This document shows positions 18,210 through 29,600 of a stretch of 58,513 nt of DNA, in pieces. The position numbers were made by a program, and so were the translations under genes. The DNA is from a virus (Duplodnaviria > Caudoviricetes). How positions within the stretch are numbered: position 1 is the first letter of the stretch; each line of letters starts with the position of its first letter. Location of the stretch: positions 1 to 58,513 of IMG/VR virus record IMGVR_UViG_3300000318_000081; one strand, given 5' to 3'. Under the pieces are notes generated by a model that saw nothing but the letters and a program-made list of their open reading frames with translations, searched no databases and was not told where the DNA came from.

Positions 18210-18245
18210 AAGAAAGCCTTCAGAAATTAATCTGAAGGCTTTCTT
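18210..18245. terminator. Bidirectional terminator
   Basis: AGAAAGCCTTCAGA-AATTAA-TCTGAAGGCTTTCT between convergent genes. Confidence 0.85.
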
Positions 18246-18755
18246 TTAAAAGTATTGTCCTCTTCTTATTGTCGGTTTAGTCCGCATACCTAAATACTTT
18301 TTTAATTCATCCAAATGCTCATTACTTCGGACTTTGTAGATTCCTGCTTCATTTGGTAGTTTCGTTTCCAACCAACGGTACATAATGTACGCAATGATGT
18401 AATCCTTCATCTCAATAGCTATAGACTCCCTGATAGGCATTAGAAAAGTACTCGGCATGAATAATTGAATTACATAATCCTTTTCAGTGCTGAAATCTTG
18501 TGAATCAAAATAAGCCGGATCATCTGGCAACTTTAAATAAGCCGAGCATGCAGATGTCAGTTTTGATCTCGTTGAAAAAAACAGGCTACGAAACAGAACT
18601 AAGTATTCTTCATCAAACACCAGTATGTCTAATAGATCATTTCCTTGTGCATCTGACTTTCGTTTCGCTAAATACGAACTTTCCATCTTGACACCTTTCA
18701 AGATGTCATCATGGGTCTGTATTAATGTCAGTAATATAGGTTTCTCGCATCTCAT
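18246..18755 (-). CDS. Hypothetical virion protein, possible head-completion adaptor
   Basis: 169 aa helical ORF in the portal operon. Confidence 0.55.
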   Translation of the reverse strand: MRCEKPILLTLIQTHDDILKGVKMESSYLAKRKSDAQGNDLLDILVFDEEYLVLFRSLFFSTRSKLTSACSAYLKLPDDPAYFDSQDFSTEKDYVIQLFMPSTFLMPIRESIAIEMKDYIIAYIMYRWLETKLPNEAGIYKVRSNEHLDELKKYLGMRTKPTIRRGQYF

Positions 18756-19552
18756 TGTTTGCTTGGTGTTGGGAACCCCGCGAAAAATCCTTTCTTTACC
18801 GGCTCAGGTTCTGTGTTAGTATAAAACTTTGATCTTGTATTATCTTGTTTTGCAATATCCGGTGCCGGCACATTTGGTTTTGGATTGTTTTTCTCCATGT
18901 ATTTATCATACATAGATGGTTGCCATTGTGATTTATCTGCAAACTGATCTACCTTTTTGGGGTCAGGGTCATTGGCTACATTATCAGATGAACTAAGCGG
19001 ATACGCTGAATCTAATTCTTTCAGTTTCATATTTCTGTCAGAATCTTTCCATTTAGAATTGGCATCTGTAATTCGGGGATCTCCATCCTGGATCAAATTA
19101 CCATCATTGTCGAAATGCCTTGTTTTACGTATTTCGTAATCGATGTTTTGACCTTGACTTCCTGCGGCCGTATTGAATCTTACCGGATAATTGTTGAGTT
19201 TCTTTGATGCAACATAATCCCATGGACTGATTTCTTTAGAATCGTTGCCTCCACTTTCCAGATAGTCTTCTTTATATCCCGTGTAAGGATTTGCTGCGGG
19301 AGCTGGAGCGGGCTGTTCGTCCATAAACTTTTTTATGTATTTATGGACGGGCCCCACTTTCATATCAGATGCGTATTTCAATAAATCATCTTTAGAGTTC
19401 ACATAACCAGTCGATTTAAGATCGGTTAATGCTTTATCTAACAATGTAGGATCACTGACTAGTCTCTGAACTGACTCTTCATAGTCAGGAGTGTAGCCAT
19501 TCTTATCAATTCCCCAAAAATTACCGTTGTCATTCGTAGATGCTGGTTCCAT
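18752..19552 (-). CDS. Hypothetical protein with a scaffold-like C-terminal motif
   Basis: 266 aa, D/N/P-rich, ends GFFAGFPTPSKQ. Confidence 0.65.
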   Translation of the reverse strand: MEPASTNDNGNFWGIDKNGYTPDYEESVQRLVSDPTLLDKALTDLKSTGYVNSKDDLLKYASDMKVGPVHKYIKKFMDEQPAPAPAANPYTGYKEDYLESGGNDSKEISPWDYVASKKLNNYPVRFNTAAGSQGQNIDYEIRKTRHFDNDGNLIQDGDPRITDANSKWKDSDRNMKLKELDSAYPLSSSDNVANDPDPKKVDQFADKSQWQPSMYDKYMEKNNPKPNVPAPDIAKQDNTRSKFYTNTEPEPVKKGFFAGFPTPSKQ

Positions 19553-19583
19553 AATTAGCTTTTTATAATGTTTTTGTTTCTAT

Positions 19584-21584
19584 TTATTGTTGTTCTGTAC
19601 GTAATTGTTGAACGCCTGGTTGTGCCTGCGAACCAACCGGTTGAGCCTGTTGTGGTGTTTGTTGAGCCTGTTGTCCTGCTTGAATTTGTTGTTGAACATC
19701 AGGAGGAACAACTTGTCCCATTGGCTGTTGTTGTGCCGCTGCTTGTTTATTTGATTCAATACTTTGAAGTAACTTATCTGCGAATGGAAATGCCCCTGTT
19801 TTTAGTAACTCTTCAATACTTATTTGACCGGCATTGAAAATTTGCATCAAAAAATCATTCATGATCATTCTGTATGCCGGAGTAGCTGTACTTTCTGCAA
19901 TAGATAAGTCAAATTCAGCGTTTCGTACTTCATCTGGAGTATAAACGACATTCTTTGCATCTTGGCCAACAAGATTAATGTATCTTGTATCCTCCCACGA
20001 TTGTTGCACCAGTTTAAGGTTTTTCAAATCTCTTGTTTCCCTCAAATCTCGGAACGATTCAAACATATCAGTTAATGAAGTCTGCGAGTTCTGAGTTTGC
20101 TGCATGAATAGAGAAGCAGGAGTTCCGGCACTTGGTGCTTGGCCCTGTAGTGAACCTTGTACTCCGCTGACATCTTCCAACATTTTAAGTTGGACGTTAA
20201 GCATGTCATACAACCCAGTTTGAGAAGAGTTTGTTATTACTTGTTTTGGTGCATCTACTCCGGGCTTCGGAACATAATACATCACGCTGTCATACTGTGC
20301 CCATTGATCTGCGTAATCATCTTCACTAATATTGTCTGGTTTAGAACCAACAGGCATCATAAGTACTCCTTTGGCCGAAGCCTTAGAAATAAAATCCTGC
20401 ATGGTAATGATCCGGTTTATATATCGTTGTTGGTCGATGAAATCGCCTACAAATGGATATACCCGACCATTATAGAAAGGATAAATTTTTAATGAGTATG
20501 GATGTGAATCATGCCAGTAAGGTGTTTCACCCTCTTTCAATACTTCACCGGTTGGAGTTTGAAAATAATAGTACCAATAGTTGTCAACGAACCATTTGTA
20601 CTCAATAAGCTTCATGTTTTCCGGTGTGATACCTTGTTGTGTTTGTTCCTTTAGACGAATAGCATTTTCTGTTTTCAGCACCAGTTCGTCCGTGAGTTCT
20701 GCCTTGTAGTATTCACCAGTTAACCGGTCATGAACCTGTAATCTAGCTTTTGATTCTTTTCTCCATGTAGATATTACCCGGCACTGTGTTTCATCTTCTG
20801 GAATAAAGAAGTTTCTATTCTGCGTTCTATCCCTTGTTAGGTTTTCAATCCATGAAACTTGGCGTTCTGAATTTTGGTTGGCATATAGTAGTCGTATTTC
20901 TTCTGCTTTTTCTTTTGATCCATCAGCAAATTGGGCCATTACATCATATAATCCCATGTCTGAAATCTCACCTATTAAATGACAATCCCAATGGCGAGGG
21001 TCTTTCATGTGGTTATCAAAGAAAATGTCGTTGTAATTTGGAAGATAAGTCCAGACATCATATTTACCATCTCTCCAGCCATAAGTACTCCTGAAAATAG
21101 AAACACCGGTTATAAGAAAGTATTCTAATGCTCTTCGGTCAAGTTCCCAAAGTTTATTCTCCTGATATACATATTGAATAGCTGCCGACATTGTCTCGCC
21201 TTTGCTCTGGTCGTCTCTGTTCCTTGATACGCAAACAGGTTCAGTCTGTTGACCAGAAAAAACGCCTAAAACGCTTCGGACAATACCTCTAATTCTATTG
21301 TTTTGAAGCGGGACATTACCCTTTTGGATTATGCGTTGCCGTTCTGTAATAGAACCCTTTCCATCGTTATGATCTTCCTTATCTCCCCATTGGTCTGAGA
21401 AAGTGTACCTTTCATTCCGAAAGGCGTTCCGTCTAAACTCATCTAACCCTGACCAAGCACGAAATGAGTCTTCAAGTACCTGAAGGTTTCTATTAAAAGA
21501 GTCCGTATTTTTTACGGTATCAATTTTAGGTTTAGCGGGATATAGTTTGGATGCTAGTTTTAGGTTCTGCTGTCTCATATTCAC
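19584..21584 (-). CDS. Portal protein (P22-like)
   Basis: Y..DQW, PLQNNRI, FIDQQRYINR, SAKGVL, VSGVQGSLQG, Q-rich C-tail. Confidence 0.87.
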   Translation of the reverse strand: MNMRQQNLKLASKLYPAKPKIDTVKNTDSFNRNLQVLEDSFRAWSGLDEFRRNAFRNERYTFSDQWGDKEDHNDGKGSITERQRIIQKGNVPLQNNRIRGIVRSVLGVFSGQQTEPVCVSRNRDDQSKGETMSAAIQYVYQENKLWELDRRALEYFLITGVSIFRSTYGWRDGKYDVWTYLPNYNDIFFDNHMKDPRHWDCHLIGEISDMGLYDVMAQFADGSKEKAEEIRLLYANQNSERQVSWIENLTRDRTQNRNFFIPEDETQCRVISTWRKESKARLQVHDRLTGEYYKAELTDELVLKTENAIRLKEQTQQGITPENMKLIEYKWFVDNYWYYYFQTPTGEVLKEGETPYWHDSHPYSLKIYPFYNGRVYPFVGDFIDQQRYINRIITMQDFISKASAKGVLMMPVGSKPDNISEDDYADQWAQYDSVMYYVPKPGVDAPKQVITNSSQTGLYDMLNVQLKMLEDVSGVQGSLQGQAPSAGTPASLFMQQTQNSQTSLTDMFESFRDLRETRDLKNLKLVQQSWEDTRYINLVGQDAKNVVYTPDEVRNAEFDLSIAESTATPAYRMIMNDFLMQIFNAGQISIEELLKTGAFPFADKLLQSIESNKQAAAQQQPMGQVVPPDVQQQIQAGQQAQQTPQQAQPVGSQAQPGVQQLRTEQQ

Positions 21585-21595
21585 ATATTAATTGG

Positions 21596-21640
21596 CAAAT
21601 TAAGACAATAAGTATTTTATACTTAATCCTTGACGCTAAA
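21596..21640 (-). promoter_or_regulatory. Putative late promoter 2 (portal)
   Basis: TTTAGCGTCAAG (21640-21629)-N22-GTCTTAATTTG. Confidence 0.78.
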
Positions 21641-21650
21641 AGGATTGAAT

Positions 21651-21709
21651 TTTGTGGATAACTTTTTATTTAGAATTTGTTCTAAATAGTAATAAAGGAG
21701 TTATCTTTG
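21651..21709 (+). promoter_or_regulatory. DnaA-box promoter copy C
   Basis: TGTGGATAA 21653-21661 (perfect TTATCCACA); ATTTAGAA-tttg-TTCTAAAT 21668-21687; TATCTTTG 21702-21709. Confidence 0.82.
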
Positions 21710-21719
21710 AAATAAAAAT

Positions 21720-21998
21720 ATGAAATTTGATAAAATTGAGTTCGAAACGATAGTAGGTTCAAGACCTGAAGGATCGGGAGCCGAATGGATGACTGATGAA
21801 GATTGGAAAAAACATGATGAATATGTGGAAAGATGCAAATTAGATGGTTCTTATGGAACTAAACAGAGACAAACGCTATTTGTAATGTCAGACCCAATAT
21901 TTGACAATTGTAAAAATAATAATATTGTCTTGGATGAATCAACTTTAGTTAAATTTGAAATTAATGATTTATCAAAAACAAAAATACTAGGACTATGA
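21720..21998 (+). CDS. Hypothetical protein
   Basis: 92 aa, first gene after promoter C. Confidence 0.65.
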   Translation: MKFDKIEFETIVGSRPEGSGAEWMTDEDWKKHDEYVERCKLDGSYGTKQRQTLFVMSDPIFDNCKNNNIVLDESTLVKFEINDLSKTKILGL

Positions 21999-22777
21999 AA
22001 ACACTAAATCTATTTTTAAAAATGCACTTCACTAGCCTTTCACCTGATGGACAACCTATTAGTTTGGCAATTGTAAGTGATCCATTTTTATCAAAAGTAA
22101 ATGTTGGTGATGAAACTTTATTTGGGGGAAATATTCAACAACAATCAAATGCTCAGTACATAAATAATTCTAAATCGTTTTACGCTGAGTTCTCAGGATT
22201 CGACATTAGACGGTGTGATGATTGGGTAAAAGAGAATGTTGTGAGTAAATTACAGTTTAATCATGAAATATATTCTTTTCAACCTAAAGCTTTTACATAT
22301 CAGTCAATTGAGGTTAAAGCTAAAAGTTGGGATATTAAATACTTAATTGATTGTTGGATTTCTCAATTCTCTGACTATAAACTAAACTTCGTGGTTGATT
22401 GTGGTTGGTTTTGTTGGGGAAAGTTTGTTGAATTAATGGGGGAGTGGGAAAATATAAGTCTTGATTTTGATTATTCAAATTGCAATCCAATGCAACGATA
22501 TGAAATTGAGCGGGCATTAAAATTAAAGAGAGGTCTTCCAAAACTTCCAGCTAACTTTCCGCCCGTTCCACAAGACCTTAATGATCTTATATCTCAAAAG
22601 AAGGGAATTAGCGTAAGTGAAGCGTTTGAACTGGATAGAGAAGAACTTGCAAGTGGGATGCATTCATCATCCTTATGTTCTGGTAATGTTATTTGCAATG
22701 ATGGATCATTACCTCATAAGTATAACGCTCTTTGGGATGCAAAAGTAACTAAAGCTATTTATGAAAAACTAAAGTAA
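21995..22777 (+). CDS. DEDDh 3'-5' exonuclease-like protein (DUF5051/RNase AS-like), catalytically degenerate
   Basis: ISLAIVSD, SFYAE, DDWVKENV, NALWDAK; motif I reads FLKMHFT instead of FFDTEFT. Confidence 0.65.
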   Translation: MKTLNLFLKMHFTSLSPDGQPISLAIVSDPFLSKVNVGDETLFGGNIQQQSNAQYINNSKSFYAEFSGFDIRRCDDWVKENVVSKLQFNHEIYSFQPKAFTYQSIEVKAKSWDIKYLIDCWISQFSDYKLNFVVDCGWFCWGKFVELMGEWENISLDFDYSNCNPMQRYEIERALKLKRGLPKLPANFPPVPQDLNDLISQKKGISVSEAFELDREELASGMHSSSLCSGNVICNDGSLPHKYNALWDAKVTKAIYEKLK

Positions 22778-22779
22778 TC

Positions 22780-23229
22780 ATGAAACTACCACGCTCACTA
22801 AAGCTCCCCAGAAAACTCAAAAAAGAGTTGAAAAAAGGATTTAGACAAAACATACATCCTTTTTTCCCGAATATCAATAAAGTTGGTATTCTTAGCGGAA
22901 ATTATTCTATTAGCTGTCATCAAAACATTACCTATTCCGGTAGCAATACGAAATCATTCTTCCGTCTATGCAGATATGCTCGTAAAGAACAAGTACGAAT
23001 GATGAAAATTCGTATGGATTTTGAAATTGAATCAAATAAGATTTTATTTGCTCAATTAAATACTCCTACATATGACAAACGTGATTTTATTCGTGAGCAG
23101 GAAGCAAAATTAGACCTACAATTTATCCAAGAGCATGGTTTTGTTTATAAACCGGATGCTCACATGGTTTTATGGAAGCATGGAATTCTTGAAACCGGAT
23201 GTTCCATTCACAATGGGCCATGGGAATAG
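22780..23229 (+). CDS. Hypothetical basic protein
   Basis: 149 aa, N-terminal KLPRSLKLPRKLKK. Confidence 0.6.
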   Translation: MKLPRSLKLPRKLKKELKKGFRQNIHPFFPNINKVGILSGNYSISCHQNITYSGSNTKSFFRLCRYARKEQVRMMKIRMDFEIESNKILFAQLNTPTYDKRDFIREQEAKLDLQFIQEHGFVYKPDAHMVLWKHGILETGCSIHNGPWE

Positions 23230-23256
23230 ACATTAGTTTTCCTAAATTAAAAATAA

Positions 23257-23293
23257 AGAAAGCCACTTGAAATTAATCAAGTGGCTTTTTTTT
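23257..23293. terminator. Bidirectional terminator
   Basis: AAAGCCACTTGA-AATTAA-TCAAGTGGCTTT followed by a T run. Confidence 0.85.
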
Positions 23294-23612
23294 ATCTTCT
23301 AAAGTTGGTAATATCTATTTGTGTCGGGGGAACGTAGTCGCGCTTTGTCATCCAGTAATAAACGATATTCTTTTCATTCACATAGAGCATCTTGTAGTCG
23401 TAGTAAGCCTTTCCAGTTCCATACACAGAGCCTTGAAAAGCATAAACAAGTATTGTCCCCGTTCCGCCGTCTGATGTAGTCCGAGCCGGCGGGCCCCATT
23501 TCAATATAACTTCTTTCTGAGTATGCCCAAGCCAGGTATTCATCGCATCTCTTGTGCTAACACAAGACATTAAGAATAAAACAAATAGCACTACTATAAG
23601 TCTGCTTTTCAT
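23292..23612 (-). CDS. Small lipoprotein moron
   Basis: MKSRLIVVLFVLFLMS-C lipobox; WGPP motif; own promoter and terminator. Confidence 0.75.
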   Translation of the reverse strand: MKSRLIVVLFVLFLMSCVSTRDAMNTWLGHTQKEVILKWGPPARTTSDGGTGTILVYAFQGSVYGTGKAYYDYKMLYVNEKNIVYYWMTKRDYVPPTQIDITNFRR

Positions 23613-23635
23613 ATATTGTATTATTAATTGATCCA

Positions 23636-23663
23636 CAAATGTAAGTATAATTGATAAAACAAA
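23636..23663 (-). promoter_or_regulatory. Primary-sigma promoter of the lipoprotein gene
   Basis: Minus strand TTTG (23663-23660) and TACATTTG (23643-23636). Confidence 0.6.
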
Positions 23664-23688
23664 CATTATTTTATTAATTATTAATTAT

Positions 23689-26600
23689 TTATTCTGCTGC
23701 ATCATCTACCAAATCACCGTCATAGTTTATGTTCTGACTCTTTTTAAATACGACATTATCCACTTTAGGTTTTCTATGTTTATTATTGCTTATACCATTC
23801 TTTTCAGCAAATGCAGATACTTCATTTGGGTTATTACTCAAATCCTTTGATTCAGCCAGTGCCTTTTCCCGACTTTCAATTAATTGCTGTATCTCTGCTT
23901 GTTTTACAGGATCAGTACTATAACTCTTCATATCTGATTCAGCATCCTTAATATCCTTGATGATTCTTTCTTGAACTACATGTTTGAATGTGTTCATCTT
24001 CATGAATTTTTGTTGTTGCTCTGATATGGTCAAAGGGTCAGCTCCCGATTTGTATAATTCATTCGCCTTCTCTTGAATTCCACTAAGAATGATATTTGTA
24101 TTTTTAACCTCTGCTTCTACTGCTTTCACCTTAATGTCATTGGGGTTTGGCATTTTTTCCGAAGAAACATTAAAACCTAAACCTCTTGTCATTGCGGTGA
24201 ATCCATCCATTTCACCTTGTAGCATGTTAGTAATACCTTGTATTGGAACTGGTATCATTCTTCTTATTTCAGAAAGGAGAAACGATGGCATCTCATTTAT
24301 TTGAACTGCTCCAGTATCATAAGGTTTTCCATATTTTGTAAACTCTCCGGTCATTCTTCCACCTTTTGGGTCTCCAATATGTATTCCTTTTTTCGGAATA
24401 CTTCTTGCATAAAGTCCTTTATCATCTATCCCTAGTAATTCATCTATTGTTGTGAATCGTTTCCCTTGCCAATCCTTCCCTGTGAGCCCATCAAGTGCAA
24501 TACTTGTCATTATACTAGCTTTGTGTTTTAATGATGTTGCAGGGTCAATAATCCACTTAATTGGGTCTTTGAAGTGTCCAAGTATTGAGAAGTAGTCTTC
24601 TTCATTTTCCGGCATTTCCTTTCCCAGAAGTTTATGGATAGATTCATTAATAGGCGTAATGTCTGCATCTAAGAAATGAGATTTAGCAACAAAATCACGT
24701 ATAGTATTGAATCCAGTCAAGAAAGAAGCATCATCCCAATCAAAGTTCAATAGTGGTTGAATTATTTTAGTGTATAGTTTCTCAACTTCATTCCAATAAG
24801 TATCTTCGGCATCTGAATCTTTATGATTTAGTAATGCCCAAGGTGCCGCAATTGCCAAAGACCAGAACGTACTTGTCAAGGCAGATTTAAGTAATGACTT
24901 TCCTAAAACCTTTTGATACATTTGTCTTTCGTGTTTTTCATAGTCTTTCGAACCTTTTTGTTCTTTGGAATAATCCCAACCAAAAGCCTTTACAAGAGTT
25001 TTAATGTTTGATTCCGTCCAGTCAGTTGCTAACAATGTCAATCTTGTAAGGTGTTGCATCGTTTTATTTCTGCCCATTCTTTCAAGATTTAAACCTCCGA
25101 AAAGATTATTCATCATCTCACCAACTCTTTTTGCAATAAGATTAGGGTCTTCATCTGGGAACATCTGTACTTGCTTGTTGTACTCTAATACTCCAGACTT
25201 GACTTTTAGTCCTAGTCCAAATTGTTTAAACAAGAAATCGGTTTGTGTTTTATGCAAATCCATTATTTTGTCTGAAATAGACTTTGTAACTTTCGCTTTG
25301 TCAAGTATTTTTGTGATGAAATTTTTTTGTTCAACTAAATCTTCCTGCCAGTCTTGAACTCTACCAAGTGTCATTCCATTTCTAATGAGTGTTTCAACTT
25401 CAGGAGACATATTCATAAACATATCTAGCCCGGCTTTATACGCTCTCATAGGATTGCTGTCAGCTATATTTTCTTTAGAGGCTGCAAATAGATAAGCTCT
25501 TGTAAATGCTTGATGATGATAGAATGAGAAAGAAAGCATTGTTGTCTTTGCAATAGCATTGAACTTAGTTAGGCCATCTATGAAAGGAAGTCCATTCAAT
25601 TTTGATTCACCAAGAACATTATTCAACTTATCGGCAATAGGAGCAGGGGCATATACTTTCTTTTTCTCAAATATCTTTCCATCTTTATCAACGGCCCAGT
25701 TTTCACCACGTAGATCAATACTTGAATCAACATTCTTTTGTTGTACCCATTTTCTAAAATTTGGGTGTTTTATTTCTTTGTAACCGGTTTCATTATCAAG
25801 TCTAAATAAAGGAACTCCGTTTGAAGCAAATGTTTTAAGTCCTGCATTCATTAGTTGTTTATTGGCAATTACAGCATGAATTTCATCTCTCAATGCTTGT
25901 AAGTTGTTTGTTGCACCTGCTGTTTTAAGGTTCAACCCTCCGGCCTGTCCTTCTAAAATACTTCCTAACTTACGTTGTTTTGCATGAGATGTAGAAGTAG
26001 AGAACTTTGCCCAGAAGTCTTTTGTGTTTTCTCCGCCTGATAAGTCCCATGTTCTTCTAACATAATTATCAATTATGTTACCTATTACTTCTTCATCGAG
26101 TGCAGATTGTCCTAGCTTTACGTATTCTTCATTGATTTTATCGGCTACTTCTATTTGCTCAGGAGTTAAGTTTTGAGCTATATCGGCAATCCGTTTTTGT
26201 TCATCGGTCAATTCAGGATAGTATTTTTTGTATGCTTCTGGATCATTCTTCATATCATTATAGATATGAATGGCTTTGTCAATATCTTTCCAATTTACAT
26301 CCGTACCCTTCACAGAATCCTTAAGCTTAGTTTGAAGTTTAATTGTGTCAGACATAGCTTTAGCGTTCTCTACATCTTTATTTCCAAACCAATCGTTCTC
26401 AATTTCATTGTATAACTTTCTCAATTCTGGAATATCATTCTGCACAATTTCATCTTTAACCTCTTTTACCCCGGATAATATAATTCTGTGACGTTTCTTT
26501 TCTGCCGGTTCAAGACTGTTATTGATCGCCTGAATTTCCTTGAAGTACTCTTGTTTTGCTTTTCGATAATCGCTCATTGATTTACCAGCGTAATCGGATA

Positions 26601-29600
26601 CTTTCGGCATTTTCATACCTTCAACCTTTTCTTTAGCTACATCGGCTTTCTTAGCCTCTTTCTTAGAGCCTTTCTTTAGTTCTTCGTAGTATTTAACCGT
26701 ATCTTCTGAAAACTTCAGTACATCACCGTCATAGTCTTTGTAATCGGGCTTATTGATAAGGGTTGATCGCTTATACGTTGGAGATTCTTGTTTGTTTTCA
26801 ACTTCATCTAAGAATTTCTGTCTGTTATCAGGGTTTTTGAAGAAGAATCCATTTTGAATATTATCGGCTTTGTTTTGATAACTGCTGTAATTTCCACCAT
26901 GTTTTTTTGCTATTGCTAATGTAGCCTTATAATCAGAGATAGATTTCTTCGATTTTGCCATAAACATAGCCTCACCAGTCTTGCTATTGTTCTGATCGAA
27001 TACGTCATAGTTACTTGTTTCAGATACTTCGTTACTTACTTCTGGAATAGGTTCATGTTCTATAACTTGTTTTTCTCCACTTCGTGGTGTAATATTCATA
27101 TCTTCAATCTCTGAAAATAGATCATTTACATTCTTTGAATCTGAAAGATCAATGTTTTCAGTTCGTGGTATTGAATCAAGTTGTTTCTGTAATTCTGTTT
27201 GAACTTTACTTGTCAGTTCATCTTCTAAAATATATGGATTATTCCGTTTTATTTCCTGTTTAATAGAGAATTCGCTTTGTTGTTCGATCTTATCAATAAC
27301 AACTATTCTTGTATTTATTGCTGTACCTGCCTGTTCAAAGGCAATAGAAGGAAGTTTAATTGAAGCAATCAAATGGGCAGTAGGATGTAATAGTTTTCCT
27401 TTATCATCTTCTCCATTTAAAAACTTATCCAAACGCTTATCGGCTTGTCCTTGTGGAATTATAGCTACAATACGGCCATTATTATGAAGATGTTCAAATG
27501 CCTTCTCTACATGATCTATTGCAGTTTTACCTCCACTTCCAAAAGGAGGGTTCATAGCTATGCCATGATATTTGTTTACAACATTATGATTCTCGAATAT
27601 ATCGTTGATTATTTTTCTGTTTCCACCACCAGCGCGCGCATTAAGTTTGGAAAACAAAGAATATGAAGGCTCGATAACTGTTGCATTAGCCTTCTCAGGA
27701 AACCACATTGCAATAGCTCCGTGACCGGCTGACGGTTCCATAACCGATTCACCTGGATTAATGTCTAACCATTCAACCATCTTTTGACCTAATGGTTCTG
27801 CAGTCGCGTAATAGTCTTTGCCTTGTCTTGAATCTCTACTACCTCTATTCTTTTGATTACTATCATATATCAACATGGCTTTTTTAAACTCAGTCATGTC
27901 TAATTGAGTAGCTTTTTTATCGTATTCTTTTCCTCCGACTCCTTGTTCTTTGTTGGGTTTATCCTTTCCAGAATTGAATAAGACTCCTTCAGCAAATGAC
28001 CGCAATAAATCTCTAGCTTGACTCCCGATAGCTAAATTCTCAGTAGTAGAAAGTTTCTTGTTTATCTTTTGGCCAAAATCGGCTATTTCCATATCCAATC
28101 CTAAGAGTGGATTTTCAAACACGGCATTAGTAGCTTGTCCAATTCTATAAACACGACCTTCAATTTGTAGCGCTGTAGTGGATGAAATAGGCAACGAAAG
28201 GTTTATAAGTACGCGTTGATGTTCTCCACTTGTATCATGTAAACTGATTCCTTCTTTTCCGGCTTCTTCTTGAATAACAATTATGTCTTTCCCTGAATTA
28301 TCATCATTGAACTTAACAATGTTCCCTGATTTGTCTTTTTTAGCTGTATCTCCATTAATGAATACTACCTTACCGGGGAATGCACTATTAAGCTGATCAA
28401 TGGCCGGATCATAGTTTAATGTCTGTTCAAACTTCAATAATTCAGAATATTTTATTTTGAAGTCTTCAATCTGGTTCTTTACATTTTCAAGGTTTTCTTT
28501 CGCTTCATCGACTTTATAAGCACTTGCAATGGCTAATCCCATTTTCTCATGCGCTTTAATCAGTGAATTGTCCAAAATCATTTGGAATGGCGGTGCCACA
28601 TTGGCTTGTTTTCTCCTGTGGAATACAACAACCTTTCTACCTAAGTCTAAATGATCCTGAATGCGAGGAATAACCATTGAGGCGCGCAATGACTCCAATA
28701 GTTTAGTTGTGTAGTTATAATCATAAAACACTTCTCTTGCAGCTTCATTCAATCCCTTAAATAAAGGGTTTTCTCTATAATTGAAAATGTCATTGAATGC
28801 CTTATTGAAGTCTTCTGAATGGTCCAGTGCCACAAGTGGAAATTCTCTTGAATAATCTTTGTCACTTTCAAGTGCTCTACCTGACATTGCACCCTGAGCC
28901 ATCAACTTGTCTGCAAATTCAACCTCTTGCATTGCGATTGCTTCCGCATTGGCTTTGGACTTAGATTGAAGTTGGTTATTCTTCCATTCATAGGCTGATC
29001 CGAAGTTATCCATAAAGAATCTTCCTTCCGGATTAACGCGACTCATTCCTACACTTTTTTGTTCGTAAGTTGTTTCATCACCCCAATCAAATAGGGAGTG
29101 ATTAGCATATCTAAGATTAAAGTGTCCTTTGAATGGTGTTGCCGATAAGAAAACAACCTTTGTATTGTCGAACGCTTTTTGTGCACGCTCTTCTAATTTC
29201 GGCTTTATTTTGGTGTCATACTGCTCTTGAAGTTTCTTTTCTTCTTCAGAAGGTTCTACGCCGTGTTCTCTTTCTTCTTGTAACTCTCGTAATTTTAAAT
29301 AGTGGGGATCAACAGACTGAATACGATTAAATGCCTGTTGTTTTGTCACATTGGATGTTTCATAATGCGTATAAGTGGTAGATGATGCCTTTCCGCTCTT
29401 TTCTTCCATTAAACGATGTGACTCATCGTACATAACAAGATCAAAATCTCTTGTTTTAAGCGCGTTATTTGAACGAAAGTTCGCGTATGTAGTAATTACG
29501 GCATTCTTACCTTTATCTTTTGTAGATAGAATAGGAGTGATGTCTAAACCAATGTTTCGTCCATCTGATACCCAATCATTTATTTTTGGTTCAGAAGGAA

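Noticed and set aside
21609-21625. TAAGTAT-TTT-ATACTTA palindrome in the late promoter 2 spacer
   Set aside because: AT-rich and absent from the other three late promoters, so likely chance
23630-23638. TGATCCACA near-DnaA box
   Set aside because: One mismatch and overlaps the -7 element rather than lying 55-56 nt upstream
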